Of a DNA stretch of 29,593 bases, positions 1 to 8,812 are shown one piece after another. Source of the stretch: Candidatus Sericytochromatia bacterium (GTDB taxonomy: Bacteria; Cyanobacteriota; Sericytochromatia; UBA7694; JACMQJ01); the NCBI GenBank assembly GCA_014377055.1, contig JACMQJ010000183.1, forward strand, positions 1 to 29,593, given 5' to 3'. A program made the translations under genes and the position numbers. A model generated the notes under the pieces. It saw nothing but the letters and a program-made list of their open reading frames with translations, was not told where the DNA came from and made no database searches. Numbering within the stretch: the first letter of the stretch is position 1; each line of letters begins with the position of its first letter.

Positions 1-702
1 AAAATTTATTTTTCTGTTCTTAAATTCAAGAGCTTTTTTTGATTTTGGTAAGTATTTTACGATAGGATCATTTAGATTAAGCTCTTTATTTAAGGACATA
101 TCAGCTAGGACTATATTTGTAAAAACTTTGCTAATAGATCCTATTTCAAAAATAGTTTGATTATCAATTAATGTTTTTTTATCTTTGTCATTTTTACCAT
201 AGACAAGATTTTTTTGATCATTATTATCAATAATTCCTACAGCTAAACCAACATTAGATTTTTCATCCATATAAGGTTTGATAATATCATTGATACTTGT
301 ATCTTTATTTATTTTTGGATAAACCAAAGAATCTAAAGGTTTAAATAAAATACCTGCTAATTTATTTTGTGGATCAAATTTTAGAACTAAGTTTATCTTT
401 CCATTTTCCAGATCAACCAAAAAAGAGTATGTATTTTCAGAAATAAATTTTGGCTCACTCAAATTTTGTATTTGACCAAATTGAGATTGTAAGCCCTCAA
501 TAACTGCTTTTATTTGATTTTCACTCAGGTTATTTGAAAGTTTAGCATTAAAGTCATTGGCAAATTTTTTGGCATCATTGATGTTATATGAACTCATAAT
601 ATTTTTGGAAATAGCTTTATAATTATCGACATTATTAGTTTCAGCAAGAGAATTTAAGCTTAATGAAGCCATAATTGACAGAGTTAAAATATATTTTTTC
701 AA
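1..702 (-). CDS. Serine hydrolase, beta-lactamase class C/PBP-like, with signal peptide and N-terminal extra domain (3'-truncated by the window edge)
   Basis: Not in the ORF track because it has no stop in the window. My translation from TTG at 702 (AAAGGT RBS 8 nt upstream) gives MKKYILTLSIMASLSLNSLAET... (signal peptide), then ...VGLAVGII...TIFEIGSISKVFT (SxxK catalytic motif) ...LNLNDPIVKYLP, open to position 1. Confidence 0.85.
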   Translation of the reverse strand, partial: MKKYILTLSIMASLSLNSLAETNNVDNYKAISKNIMSSYNINDAKKFANDFNAKLSNNLSENQIKAVIEGLQSQFGQIQNLSEPKFISENTYSFLVDLENGKINLVLKFDPQNKLAGILFKPLDSLVYPKINKDTSINDIIKPYMDEKSNVGLAVGIIDNNDQKNLVYGKNDKDKKTLIDNQTIFEIGSISKVFTNIVLADMSLNKELNLNDPIVKYLPKSKKALEFKNRKINF

Positions 703-943
703 ATTATCATACCTTTTTAAATATTGTTCTTAATAATACATTCAAATATTAAATTATCATACATTATTTATTTTATGTAACTGTAGTTGCATTAAAATTT
801 TATTGAAGAGTTTAAAAGCATCCTTTTAATGAAAAATTATAAATCTGAAGAATATTAATAAACTAACTCTAGCTTTTGTATATTATATCTGCACAACTTT
901 TCGGGTATACTCAAGTATTAATAATTTTGGATAAATAAAGAAT

Positions 944-2863
944 ATGGATATAAAAGAAGATTTAGAAAAAGTTCTGAAATTATTAAAGATAGAGCAAGAC
1001 GAAGAAATAAATCAATATAGATTAAAAGTTTTAGAAACACCATTATCCATAAGAAAAAAACAGGGTATTACTTGGTACCCAATATTAATTACTGATACTC
1101 AATTAAATTCAAATCAAAAAATATTAATAGAAGTTGAAAAAACAAATACGTCTGAGTCTTCCAATAATTTTCAACAAGGAAAAGTCATCGCTCTCTTTAG
1201 TAACTCTGAGCATAATAAAAATGACTTACCTTTTATCACAGGAATAATTACCTATTCAAAAAATAATAATTTAAAAATATCAATGAATACAGATGAATTA
1301 CCTGAATGGGTTGAAGATGGTAAGTTAGGGCTAGATTTATTTTATGATGAAAGAAGTTATAGAGAGATGAACTTTGCTGTAAATAAGGTAATTAGTTCAG
1401 AAAATAAACACATAGTAAGGCTAAAAGAGGTTTTATTAGGCTACCGTCAAGCCGAATTTGTTGATCAAGATGAAAAAATATTTTTTCCTGATTTAAATGA
1501 CTCACAAAATAATGCTATAAAAAAAATTGCCTCTGCTGTTGATTTAGCAATTATTCACGGTCCTCCAGGAACAGGTAAAACAACAACTTTGGTAAAAGCA
1601 ATCGAATATACTTTAAGAACTGAAAAGCAAGTCTTAGTTTCTGCACCTAGTAATACAGCTGTCGATTTATTAACTCAAAAAATTTCTGAGAATGGTATTA
1701 GAGTTATTAGGATAGGTCATCCTGCCAGAGTTTCAACACAATTACAAAAATATAGTTTGGACGAACAAATAATTAATCATGCTCATTATAAAGAATTAGT
1801 AAAGCTAAAAAAACAAGCAAATGAATTAAGAAATAAAGCAATTAAATTTAAAAGAAGTTTTGGTAGAGAAGAAAGAGAAAATAGAAAATCAATGCTACTT
1901 GAAGTTAAAGCGATGCTGGTGGATGTAAAAAAAATGGAAAAAAGTATTATAGATGATTTGTTTGATAAGGCTCAAGTTATTACTTGTACTCTTGTGGGAG
2001 CTTCTAGCAATGCTCTCAGGGACAAAATTTTTAGTACTGTCTTCATTGATGAAGCAGGACAAGCACTCGAAGCTAGTTGTTGGATTCCAATTATAAGGTC
2101 AAATAGAGTTATTCTTGCTGGTGATCACTTACAACTACCACCAACAATTAAATCTTATGAGGCAAGTAATCAAGGTATGAATATTACTTTATTTGAAAAA
2201 TGTATAAAAAAACAAAATGTCCATACTTTACTCCAAACACAATACAGAATGAATGACGAGATTATGAATTTTTCTAGTCAAAAATTTTATGATAGTCAGC
2301 TTAGATCAGATATAAGTGTTAAAGATCAGCTGTTATCTGATGATATTAATGATGAATTACTAGTTACTCCTGTTAATTTTATTGATACCGCAGGCTGTGG
2401 CTATACAGAAGAAATTAATAAGGAAACATTGAGCTTGTATAATACTGAGGAGGCATTTTTACTTTATAGACATCTAAATATACTTATTCAGCAATTAAGA
2501 GATCAAAAAGTAAGTATTGGTATTATTTCACCTTATAAAGATCAAGTAACTTTATTAAAAAAACTTTTAAATCATCAAATTATTCTTCCTGATAACATTA
2601 AGTTAGTGATAAATACTATTGATGGATTTCAAGGACAAGAAAAAGATATTATTTATATTAGTCTTGTTCGTAGCAATGATGAATCAAATATTGGCTTTTT
2701 ATCTGATATTAGACGAATGAATGTTGCCATGACTAGAGCTAAAAAAAAGTTAATAATAATAGGTGATAGCTCAACTATTGCTTCTGACAAATTTTATAAA
2801 GATTTTTTGGATTATATTGATTCGATAAATTCCTATAGTAGTGCTTGGGAATATATGGAATAA
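944..2863 (+). CDS. IGHMBP2/SMUBP-2 (DNA2/NAM7, Upf1-like) superfamily 1 helicase
   Basis: Walker A HGPPGTGKT, motif Ia APSNTAVD, Walker B IDEAGQ, GDHLQLPP, QYRM, TIDGFQGQEK, RRMNVAMTRAK. Confidence 0.92.
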   Translation: MDIKEDLEKVLKLLKIEQDEEINQYRLKVLETPLSIRKKQGITWYPILITDTQLNSNQKILIEVEKTNTSESSNNFQQGKVIALFSNSEHNKNDLPFITGIITYSKNNNLKISMNTDELPEWVEDGKLGLDLFYDERSYREMNFAVNKVISSENKHIVRLKEVLLGYRQAEFVDQDEKIFFPDLNDSQNNAIKKIASAVDLAIIHGPPGTGKTTTLVKAIEYTLRTEKQVLVSAPSNTAVDLLTQKISENGIRVIRIGHPARVSTQLQKYSLDEQIINHAHYKELVKLKKQANELRNKAIKFKRSFGREERENRKSMLLEVKAMLVDVKKMEKSIIDDLFDKAQVITCTLVGASSNALRDKIFSTVFIDEAGQALEASCWIPIIRSNRVILAGDHLQLPPTIKSYEASNQGMNITLFEKCIKKQNVHTLLQTQYRMNDEIMNFSSQKFYDSQLRSDISVKDQLLSDDINDELLVTPVNFIDTAGCGYTEEINKETLSLYNTEEAFLLYRHLNILIQQLRDQKVSIGIISPYKDQVTLLKKLLNHQIILPDNIKLVINTIDGFQGQEKDIIYISLVRSNDESNIGFLSDIRRMNVAMTRAKKKLIIIGDSSTIASDKFYKDFLDYIDSINSYSSAWEYME

Positions 2864-2920
2864 AAAGTAGTTAAGAAATATATGTAAATACAACACATAC
2901 TTAATGGTCTGTTGATTAAT

Positions 2921-2946
2921 AAAAAGAGGGTGAAGCTCCTCTTTTT
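2921..2946. terminator. Probable bidirectional intrinsic terminator between convergent genes
   Basis: aaaaagagg(g)-tgaagc-(t)cctcttttt hairpin with A and T tracts on both sides, between the helicase stop (2863) and the convergent ORF end (2956). Confidence 0.7.
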
Positions 2947-2955
2947 TTATTTTTG

Positions 2956-3789
2956 TTAGCTAAATTTGGTATTTAACTTATAGCCACAGTTACAATCAGC
3001 CACTATTTCATCTTTTGAATTAATAAGATACTCTAATGAACTAATACAGTTTGGGCATGTAATGTCATGACCTTTTCTTATTTTATGAACTAATTGAACT
3101 TCTTCCATTAAACTTAATCTTTTTATTGAGCTTACAGGAGCTAAAACAGCTCTTTTTACCATAACTGGTGACTTATTAGCATAAGCAAGTTTAGTTTTTC
3201 TTATCTTTTCTTTAAACAAATCTTTGGATTGCTTTTCTTTTTTGGTTACAGATTTAACATCAATATTACTTTCTCTATTTTGCTTAATTCTATCTCTATT
3301 TTGTTGATACCATTCTTTTTTGTAAGTTTTTATCTTATCTTTATTAGAATCAACATATTTTTTTACTTGTTCTCTAATTTTATCTTTATTTTTTTGATAA
3401 TACTTCCTTTTTTGATCTCTTAGTTTAGGTTTATTAGTTTCATAATAATCTTTTCTTTGCTCTCTAATCTTACCTTTATTTACTTCGTAGTAAGCTTTAC
3501 TTCTTTCTCTATTTTTGTCTTTATTAATTTGATACTGTGTTTTTTTGTAGTCCCTAATTTTATCTTTATTAGAATCTCTATAATCCTTCATATAATCTTT
3601 TATTTTATCTTTATTAGAATCACGGTACTTTTTTCTTTGTTCCTTGATCAAATCTTTATTCATTTCGCGATATTGCTTCATATAATCTTTTATTTTACTT
3701 TTGTTGACTACACGATATTCTTTAGCTTTTTCGCGTTTTTGAGTTTCTTCATAGTCATCAACTATAACAGTTTCTGTCAAATTATTCAT
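2956..3789 (-). CDS. Hypothetical protein: ~10 tandem 15-aa Lys/Tyr-rich helical repeats plus C-terminal Cys4 zinc ribbon
   Basis: Repeats NKDKIxxxxKxYxxx from residue 29 to about 168; C-terminal CPNC-x17-CNC; purine-rich agggtgg upstream of the ATG. Confidence 0.75.
   Translation of the reverse strand: MNNLTETVIVDDYEETQKREKAKEYRVVNKSKIKDYMKQYREMNKDLIKEQRKKYRDSNKDKIKDYMKDYRDSNKDKIRDYKKTQYQINKDKNRERSKAYYEVNKGKIREQRKDYYETNKPKLRDQKRKYYQKNKDKIREQVKKYVDSNKDKIKTYKKEWYQQNRDRIKQNRESNIDVKSVTKKEKQSKDLFKEKIRKTKLAYANKSPVMVKRAVLAPVSSIKRLSLMEEVQLVHKIRKGHDITCPNCISSLEYLINSKDEIVADCNCGYKLNTKFS
3285..3705 (-). repeat. Coding tandem repeat, 45-bp period, degenerate
   Basis: tttatctttattagaatc occurs exactly at 3559 and 3604 (45 bp apart); the protein shows nine consecutive 15-aa units beginning with NK, plus a tenth partial unit. 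Confidence 0.85.
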
Positions 3790-4060
3790 AGAGCCACCCT
3801 TTTTTGTTACTAAATATTAATAAATGTTAAGATAAAATTTACATATTTATCTATATTAACATATTTATTTTTGACATAATACAATTTACTAAGTTTCTTA
3901 ATTTAAAATTAACTATTTATAATTATATTTTTAATTTTACTTAATATCTAATTTAGATAAAAAGTGTATAATAATTAATCATAGTAATACTTAAAACCCA
4001 ACTTTACTATCTGTTATATATTAACAAATTATTATTATTTAATTTAAACTTAACATAAAA

Positions 4061-5134
4061 ATGACTAGATTTGAAATCATGAATAAGCTGCTTGATCAGA
4101 GTTTATTTTTTAAGCTTGTTTGTGGTGCAGGCAATGAAGACATAGAAGAAGTTAAAAAGCTAAGTATGCTTTATACTCTTGCAGGTGCAAAAGGTATGGA
4201 TGTTTCAGCAAATCCTAAAGTAGTTAATGCTTGTGTCCAAGGTATCGATCTTGCAATAAGTATGGAAGCTCAATTTAATATAAAAATTAGCGTTAGACCA
4301 TTTATAACTGTAAGCATTGGTATGCCAGGTGACCATCATGTCAGAAAAGCTGAGATAATGCTTGAAAATTGTATAAAGTGTAATTTATGTATACCAGTTT
4401 GCCCTACTGATGCAATACCAACTAATTTAATTGTTATAGAGTCAAAATGTATAGGATGTGGTAATTGTAGTGCTGTATGTCCTGTCAATGTAATTGATTA
4501 CTATCACAATGAAAAGAATTTATTACAAATTTTACCTGAATGCCTAAAAGCAGGAGCAGAACAAATTGAATTACACGCTGCAATTAAAGAAGATGAATAT
4601 ATTATGAAGGAATGGGAAATAGTTAATTCTATTAATCCAAATGCTCATGTTTCAATGTGTCTTGATCGATTACATCTATCTGATTTTGCACTTGAATCAA
4701 GGATTAAAAAAGCTAAAGAGATTTCAGGTGATAGATTAATTATTCAAGCTGACGGTTATCCAATGAGTGGTGGTGAAGATGATTTTAATACTACCTTGCA
4801 AGCAATATCTACCACTGATGTCATTAACAAAAGATTCAATAAAAAACTCAATAGAAAAACAGGGAAAAGTAATTACAAGAAAATTAATCATATAAACATT
4901 TTGATGTCTGGTGGTACTAACTCTCTGTCAACTAATTTAGCAAAACAAAATGATGTCAGATTTCAAGGCGTTTCGATTGGTACTTTTGCTCGTAAAATAA
5001 TCAAAGAATACATTGAGATAGAAGATTTTTATAATAATATTGATAACATAAAAAAAGCTTATTTAATAGCCCGACAATTAGTTATAGATAATGTTGGAGA
5101 TGTTAATCTAGTGACAAAGGACTTTTTAAATTAA
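4061..5134 (+). CDS. ldpA: LdpA-like iron-sulfur protein (two 4Fe-4S ferredoxin motifs plus LdpA C-terminal TIM-barrel-like domain)
   Basis: N-terminal FKLVCGAG...LYTLAGA...DVSA as recalled for cyanobacterial LdpA; CIKCNLCIPVCP and CIGCGNCSAVCP; IELH, QADGYPMSG, SGGTN in the C-terminal part. Confidence 0.8.
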   Translation: MTRFEIMNKLLDQSLFFKLVCGAGNEDIEEVKKLSMLYTLAGAKGMDVSANPKVVNACVQGIDLAISMEAQFNIKISVRPFITVSIGMPGDHHVRKAEIMLENCIKCNLCIPVCPTDAIPTNLIVIESKCIGCGNCSAVCPVNVIDYYHNEKNLLQILPECLKAGAEQIELHAAIKEDEYIMKEWEIVNSINPNAHVSMCLDRLHLSDFALESRIKKAKEISGDRLIIQADGYPMSGGEDDFNTTLQAISTTDVINKRFNKKLNRKTGKSNYKKINHINILMSGGTNSLSTNLAKQNDVRFQGVSIGTFARKIIKEYIEIEDFYNNIDNIKKAYLIARQLVIDNVGDVNLVTKDFLN

Positions 5135-5145
5135 TCTAATATTAC

Positions 5146-6333
5146 CTAGATATTAATATTTAAAAAATCCTTCTCGTTGATTCCCAATAAATAAAAGATA
5201 GAGTTTAAAGGTCTACTTGATAAATGAGAATCAGCTATTTCTTTTAGTTTTTGTTTTGCATTAAATGCCACTCCTAAGCCTGCTTTTTCAATCATAGGTA
5301 AATCATTAGCCCCATCACCAACCGCTATGGTTTGGTCTAGAGATATATTTTCTTTTTTGGCAATTTCTTCCAATAAATCAGCTTTTCTTTGAGCATTAAC
5401 AATATTTCCTGTAACATGACCCGTTACTTTACCATCAATTATTTCTAAATTATTAGCATAAGCATAATCAAGATTAAGATGATCCTTTATTTTATTGGTA
5501 AAATAGGTGAATCCACCACTAATAACAGCTATTTTATAACCTAAATGTTTTGAAACTCTGATTAGGTCTTCTGCTCCTTCTGTAAAAATTATTTTTTTAT
5601 ATACTTCTTCTAAAGCGGATTCAGGCAAACCTTTTAATAATGAAACTCTTTCAATAAGAGCTGTATTAAAATCTATTTCACCATTCATTGCTTTTTCTGT
5701 TATCTTTACTACTTTTTCTTCTACACCAGCCATTATTGCTAATTGATCAATGACCTCCATTTGAATTAAGGTCATATCCATATCAAGTACCAAAAGTCTT
5801 TTTGATTTACGATAAAGATTCTCTTTTTGAAAAGCTATATCAATTTTATATTTTTTACCCATCGAAAGCAAAACGGTTTTTAAACCTTTTATATCTATGT
5901 CCTCTGTGGCATAAACAATTAATTCAAAACAATTAATTATGCCTTCATTCAATTTTTTTATTCTTTCAATATTGACATTAAATTTGGCAAGAGTTGTTGA
6001 TAAATTTAAAATAATCTCAGCAGATATTTCTTCACCAAGACAAGTAACAGCATAAGTATATCTTGAAGATCTATTAATAATTAAAGTTTCATTGATAACT
6101 TGAAAATCGAGATTTATACCTATTTCTTTTGCTTTAAAAAGTAAATCTTTTAGAACATTATTATCTGTATCATTTAATTCGATAATAATAGATAAGCTTA
6201 AAATATCATGTATTACTACTTGTTCAATATCAATTATTTTTGTATTATTTTCTGCAAGTATTTTTGTTAGAGTAGATGTGATACCAGGTTGATCCTTACC
6301 TGTTATTGATAGTAAAACGGTATTTTTGAACAT
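5146..6333 (-). CDS. serB: Phosphoserine phosphatase SerB with N-terminal ACT domains
   Basis: ACT-like start ITGKDQPGITS; HAD motif I LDMDMTLIQMEVID, motif II ISGGF, motif IV GDGANDLPM. Confidence 0.93.
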   Translation of the reverse strand: MFKNTVLLSITGKDQPGITSTLTKILAENNTKIIDIEQVVIHDILSLSIIIELNDTDNNVLKDLLFKAKEIGINLDFQVINETLIINRSSRYTYAVTCLGEEISAEIILNLSTTLAKFNVNIERIKKLNEGIINCFELIVYATEDIDIKGLKTVLLSMGKKYKIDIAFQKENLYRKSKRLLVLDMDMTLIQMEVIDQLAIMAGVEEKVVKITEKAMNGEIDFNTALIERVSLLKGLPESALEEVYKKIIFTEGAEDLIRVSKHLGYKIAVISGGFTYFTNKIKDHLNLDYAYANNLEIIDGKVTGHVTGNIVNAQRKADLLEEIAKKENISLDQTIAVGDGANDLPMIEKAGLGVAFNAKQKLKEIADSHLSSRPLNSIFYLLGINEKDFLNINI

Positions 6334-6481
6334 TAATGAAAATCCTTAATTATCTATTTTTGTTAACATTGAAATATTATTTATTTTTAGATAATTGTAA
6401 AACATATTTTATTTTGTTAGTTTAACAAGTATTATTAACTAAGGTTAAAATTTTAGTAATTATTTATCTAAGGGTTAATTA

Positions 6482-7297
6482 ATGTTCGTTAAATGTGGCA
6501 ATGTCTCAATAGAAGGCGTATCAAGAAGTACAATCGAAACTTATTTTTATATTAAAGAATTAAAACTTACTTTTGATATAGGTAAATGTCCTTTTCATTT
6601 AACTCCTGTTCCTAACGTTTTTTTATCGCACATGCACGGTGATCATGCTATGGGTATATATTACTATCTTTCACATCGAAATTTAGCAAAAATGGTACCT
6701 GGTAAAATATATTTGCCAGAGGAAGCCTTAAAAGATACAGAAAGAGTCATTGATTCTTTTTCGTCATTAGAGTTTGTCAAAAGAAATTATGAGCTTATAC
6801 CATTAGCTGTTGGAGATAAAATTGAATATGATAGAGATCATGTAATAGAAACTTTTGCCACAGATCATCGTATACCTTCATTGGGCTTTTTGATCAAGAA
6901 AAAAAAGACAAAATTAAAACTAGAATTCATCAATAAATCGCAACAAGAAATTATTGAAATGAAGAAAAAAGGTATAGAGATTACCGATACAACTTTTGAG
7001 CCTTATATAACTTATGTTGGTGACTCAACTATCAAGCCTGTAGATGAATATGACTTTATCAAACAAAGTGAAATATTAATCATAGAATGCACTTTTTTAA
7101 CTCCAGAACATTTTGATCAGGCTGAACAAAGAAAGCATATACATCTCAAAAATATCATAGATAGAGCTGAACAGTTTAAGAATAAGTATATTTTATTAAC
7201 TCATTTTAGTATGAGATATAGTGATGATATGATTAGAGAATATATATTTAATCATATTCCCGAATCTCTAAAAGATAGAGTTATTGCATTTTTCTAA
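6482..7297 (+). CDS. Ribonuclease Z (short, TM-type) / MBL-fold metallohydrolase
   Basis: HxHxDH motif SHMHGDH, TDHRIPSLG, YVGDS, IIECTF, KHIH, LTHFSMRY. Confidence 0.82.
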   Translation: MFVKCGNVSIEGVSRSTIETYFYIKELKLTFDIGKCPFHLTPVPNVFLSHMHGDHAMGIYYYLSHRNLAKMVPGKIYLPEEALKDTERVIDSFSSLEFVKRNYELIPLAVGDKIEYDRDHVIETFATDHRIPSLGFLIKKKKTKLKLEFINKSQQEIIEMKKKGIEITDTTFEPYITYVGDSTIKPVDEYDFIKQSEILIIECTFLTPEHFDQAEQRKHIHLKNIIDRAEQFKNKYILLTHFSMRYSDDMIREYIFNHIPESLKDRVIAFF

Positions 7298-7467
7298 AAA
7301 ATAACTGGAAATAGTCTAAAAATATAATTATTAGATTAAGTAAAGATAATAAGAAATTTAATATTAAATTAAGAACAGATATACTATAATATATCTAACA
7401 AAATTAATTTTTTTTATTAACTTTTATAGTAGATTTTTGCTATATGTTAGTACAAGGTATAAAAATC

Positions 7468-8760
7468 ATGAAAAAATTGCATGCTTCTTCTTTAATAATC
7501 TCTGCTGTTTTAGCCTTGACTAGCTGTCAAAACTCAACTAATACTAGCTCTTATCAAAATGACCCATCAAATAACTCTGTGAATATAAGCTCTAATACAA
7601 ATCTAGCAACTAAAATATCTGTCACTAGTGATTCAAATGTGGTTAATACAGTCACTGATGACAAATATTGGAGTAAAATAGAACTAATAAGAACAACTGA
7701 TCCAAAAATAGCAGATGAAAAAATGCTTCCGAAAGGTCGTCAAAGAGATGCCGAAATTGTCAAATGTTTTGGTACAGATACGCCATCATCAAAAGATTTT
7801 TGTTTGCATGATGCAGGTGCTCCAGATAAATTAAAATATCCAACTCCTATTTTATTAGTTCATGGTGCTAATACAAATGCAACCAGATCATGGGCTGATC
7901 CCGATGGCGATGGTTCAAAGACAGGATTGATGCAATATCTCAAAGGTCAAGGTTATCATGTTTTTGCAATTACTTATGCTAACAAGCATGGAGATAACTA
8001 TATTTGGGCAAGTCATATTCATAGAGCTATTTCGAGAATAAAACAGATAACTAATGTTGATAAAGTTGACACACTTGGTCATAGTAAAGGTGGCTTTGCC
8101 CTTAGACTGTATGTTTCAAACGTAAATGATGGAACTTTTAGTTATGCTAATGATGTTAGAAAGGCGATTTTTGTTGCTTCACCACATAGAGGAATAGATT
8201 TATCATTTAGACATCCATCACTTCAATGGTTTTTGTATCCCGATAAAGATAACCCTTTAACTTATGCACCTATGGTTTGGACAAAAATATTATGGCAAGG
8301 TACATTTCAAGATTCAAAAGATTTAAGCTTTTCTGGTGAATACTTTCCTGGTCAATCTCAGTTAGTTGCTAGATTTGACAAAATACATGCGTTATCTCCT
8401 GTAGAGCCTGATTGGTATACAAGCTACAATGGAGGTCAGGGTCTTGTTAGCTATAGCCCTGGTATTGACGCTGTTATTAAACAAGGTGGAAATCTTGTTG
8501 ATAAAGTTATCAAATCACCTGTAGTTTCTACTGTTAAGGTTGCAGTACTTGCTGGTAATAATCCAAATGTACCAGGAATTGCCAATGAGTTAACAGGACC
8601 TAGTGATGGTATTGTTTTTGTAGCTAGTGCTAAAGCTACTGGTGATTTGACCGCTGGTGGAGCGACATTACTTGCTGAAAAATTAATGCCTCTAAATCAT
8701 TTATCATTAGTTTCAGATCCTACTTCCATGAAGTGGATTTCCGATCAATTAGCTAAATAA
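7468..8760 (+). CDS. Lipoprotein alpha/beta-hydrolase (lipase/esterase-like)
   Basis: The track ORF starts at 7444; ATG 7468 has an aaggt RBS and gives MKKLHAS...LALTSC (lipobox). Oxyanion LLVHG, nucleophile GHSKG, ASPHRG, SDGIV (Asp), LNHLSL (His). Confidence 0.82.
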   Translation: MKKLHASSLIISAVLALTSCQNSTNTSSYQNDPSNNSVNISSNTNLATKISVTSDSNVVNTVTDDKYWSKIELIRTTDPKIADEKMLPKGRQRDAEIVKCFGTDTPSSKDFCLHDAGAPDKLKYPTPILLVHGANTNATRSWADPDGDGSKTGLMQYLKGQGYHVFAITYANKHGDNYIWASHIHRAISRIKQITNVDKVDTLGHSKGGFALRLYVSNVNDGTFSYANDVRKAIFVASPHRGIDLSFRHPSLQWFLYPDKDNPLTYAPMVWTKILWQGTFQDSKDLSFSGEYFPGQSQLVARFDKIHALSPVEPDWYTSYNGGQGLVSYSPGIDAVIKQGGNLVDKVIKSPVVSTVKVAVLAGNNPNVPGIANELTGPSDGIVFVASAKATGDLTAGGATLLAEKLMPLNHLSLVSDPTSMKWISDQLAK

Positions 8761-8761
8761 A

Positions 8762-8790
8762 TCCCCTAACCCCCTTTGCAAAGGGGGGGA
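8762..8790. repeat. GC-rich palindromic (REP-like) hairpin between convergent genes, probably also a terminator
   Basis: tcccctaac-cccctttgcaaaggggggga; perfect 18-bp palindrome ccccctttgcaaaggggg at 8770-8787 in an otherwise very AT-rich background. Confidence 0.65.
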
Positions 8791-8812
8791 CAGGATGATG
8801 AAGTAGATATAT

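Noticed and set aside
3285-3705. 45-bp periodicity as a possible CRISPR array
   Set aside because: There is no conserved repeat alternating with unique spacers, the repeats are in-frame and degenerate, and no cas genes are present.
944-3789. SF1 helicase plus convergent orphan as a two-gene defence system
   Set aside because: The genes are convergent and separated by a terminator, the helicase has no fused nuclease domain, and nothing in the sequence links them.
3229-3813. Plus-strand ORFs 3229-3423 and 3457-3813 (Phe/Ile-rich, look like membrane proteins)
   Set aside because: Antisense shadows of the Lys/Glu/Asn-rich repeat gene; the hydrophobicity comes from complementing A-rich codons.
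3871-3972. TTGACA at 3871 and TATAAT at 3967 as an ldpA promoter
   Set aside because: The two elements are far too distant, neither has a correctly spaced partner, and such hexamers are frequent in this AT-rich DNA.
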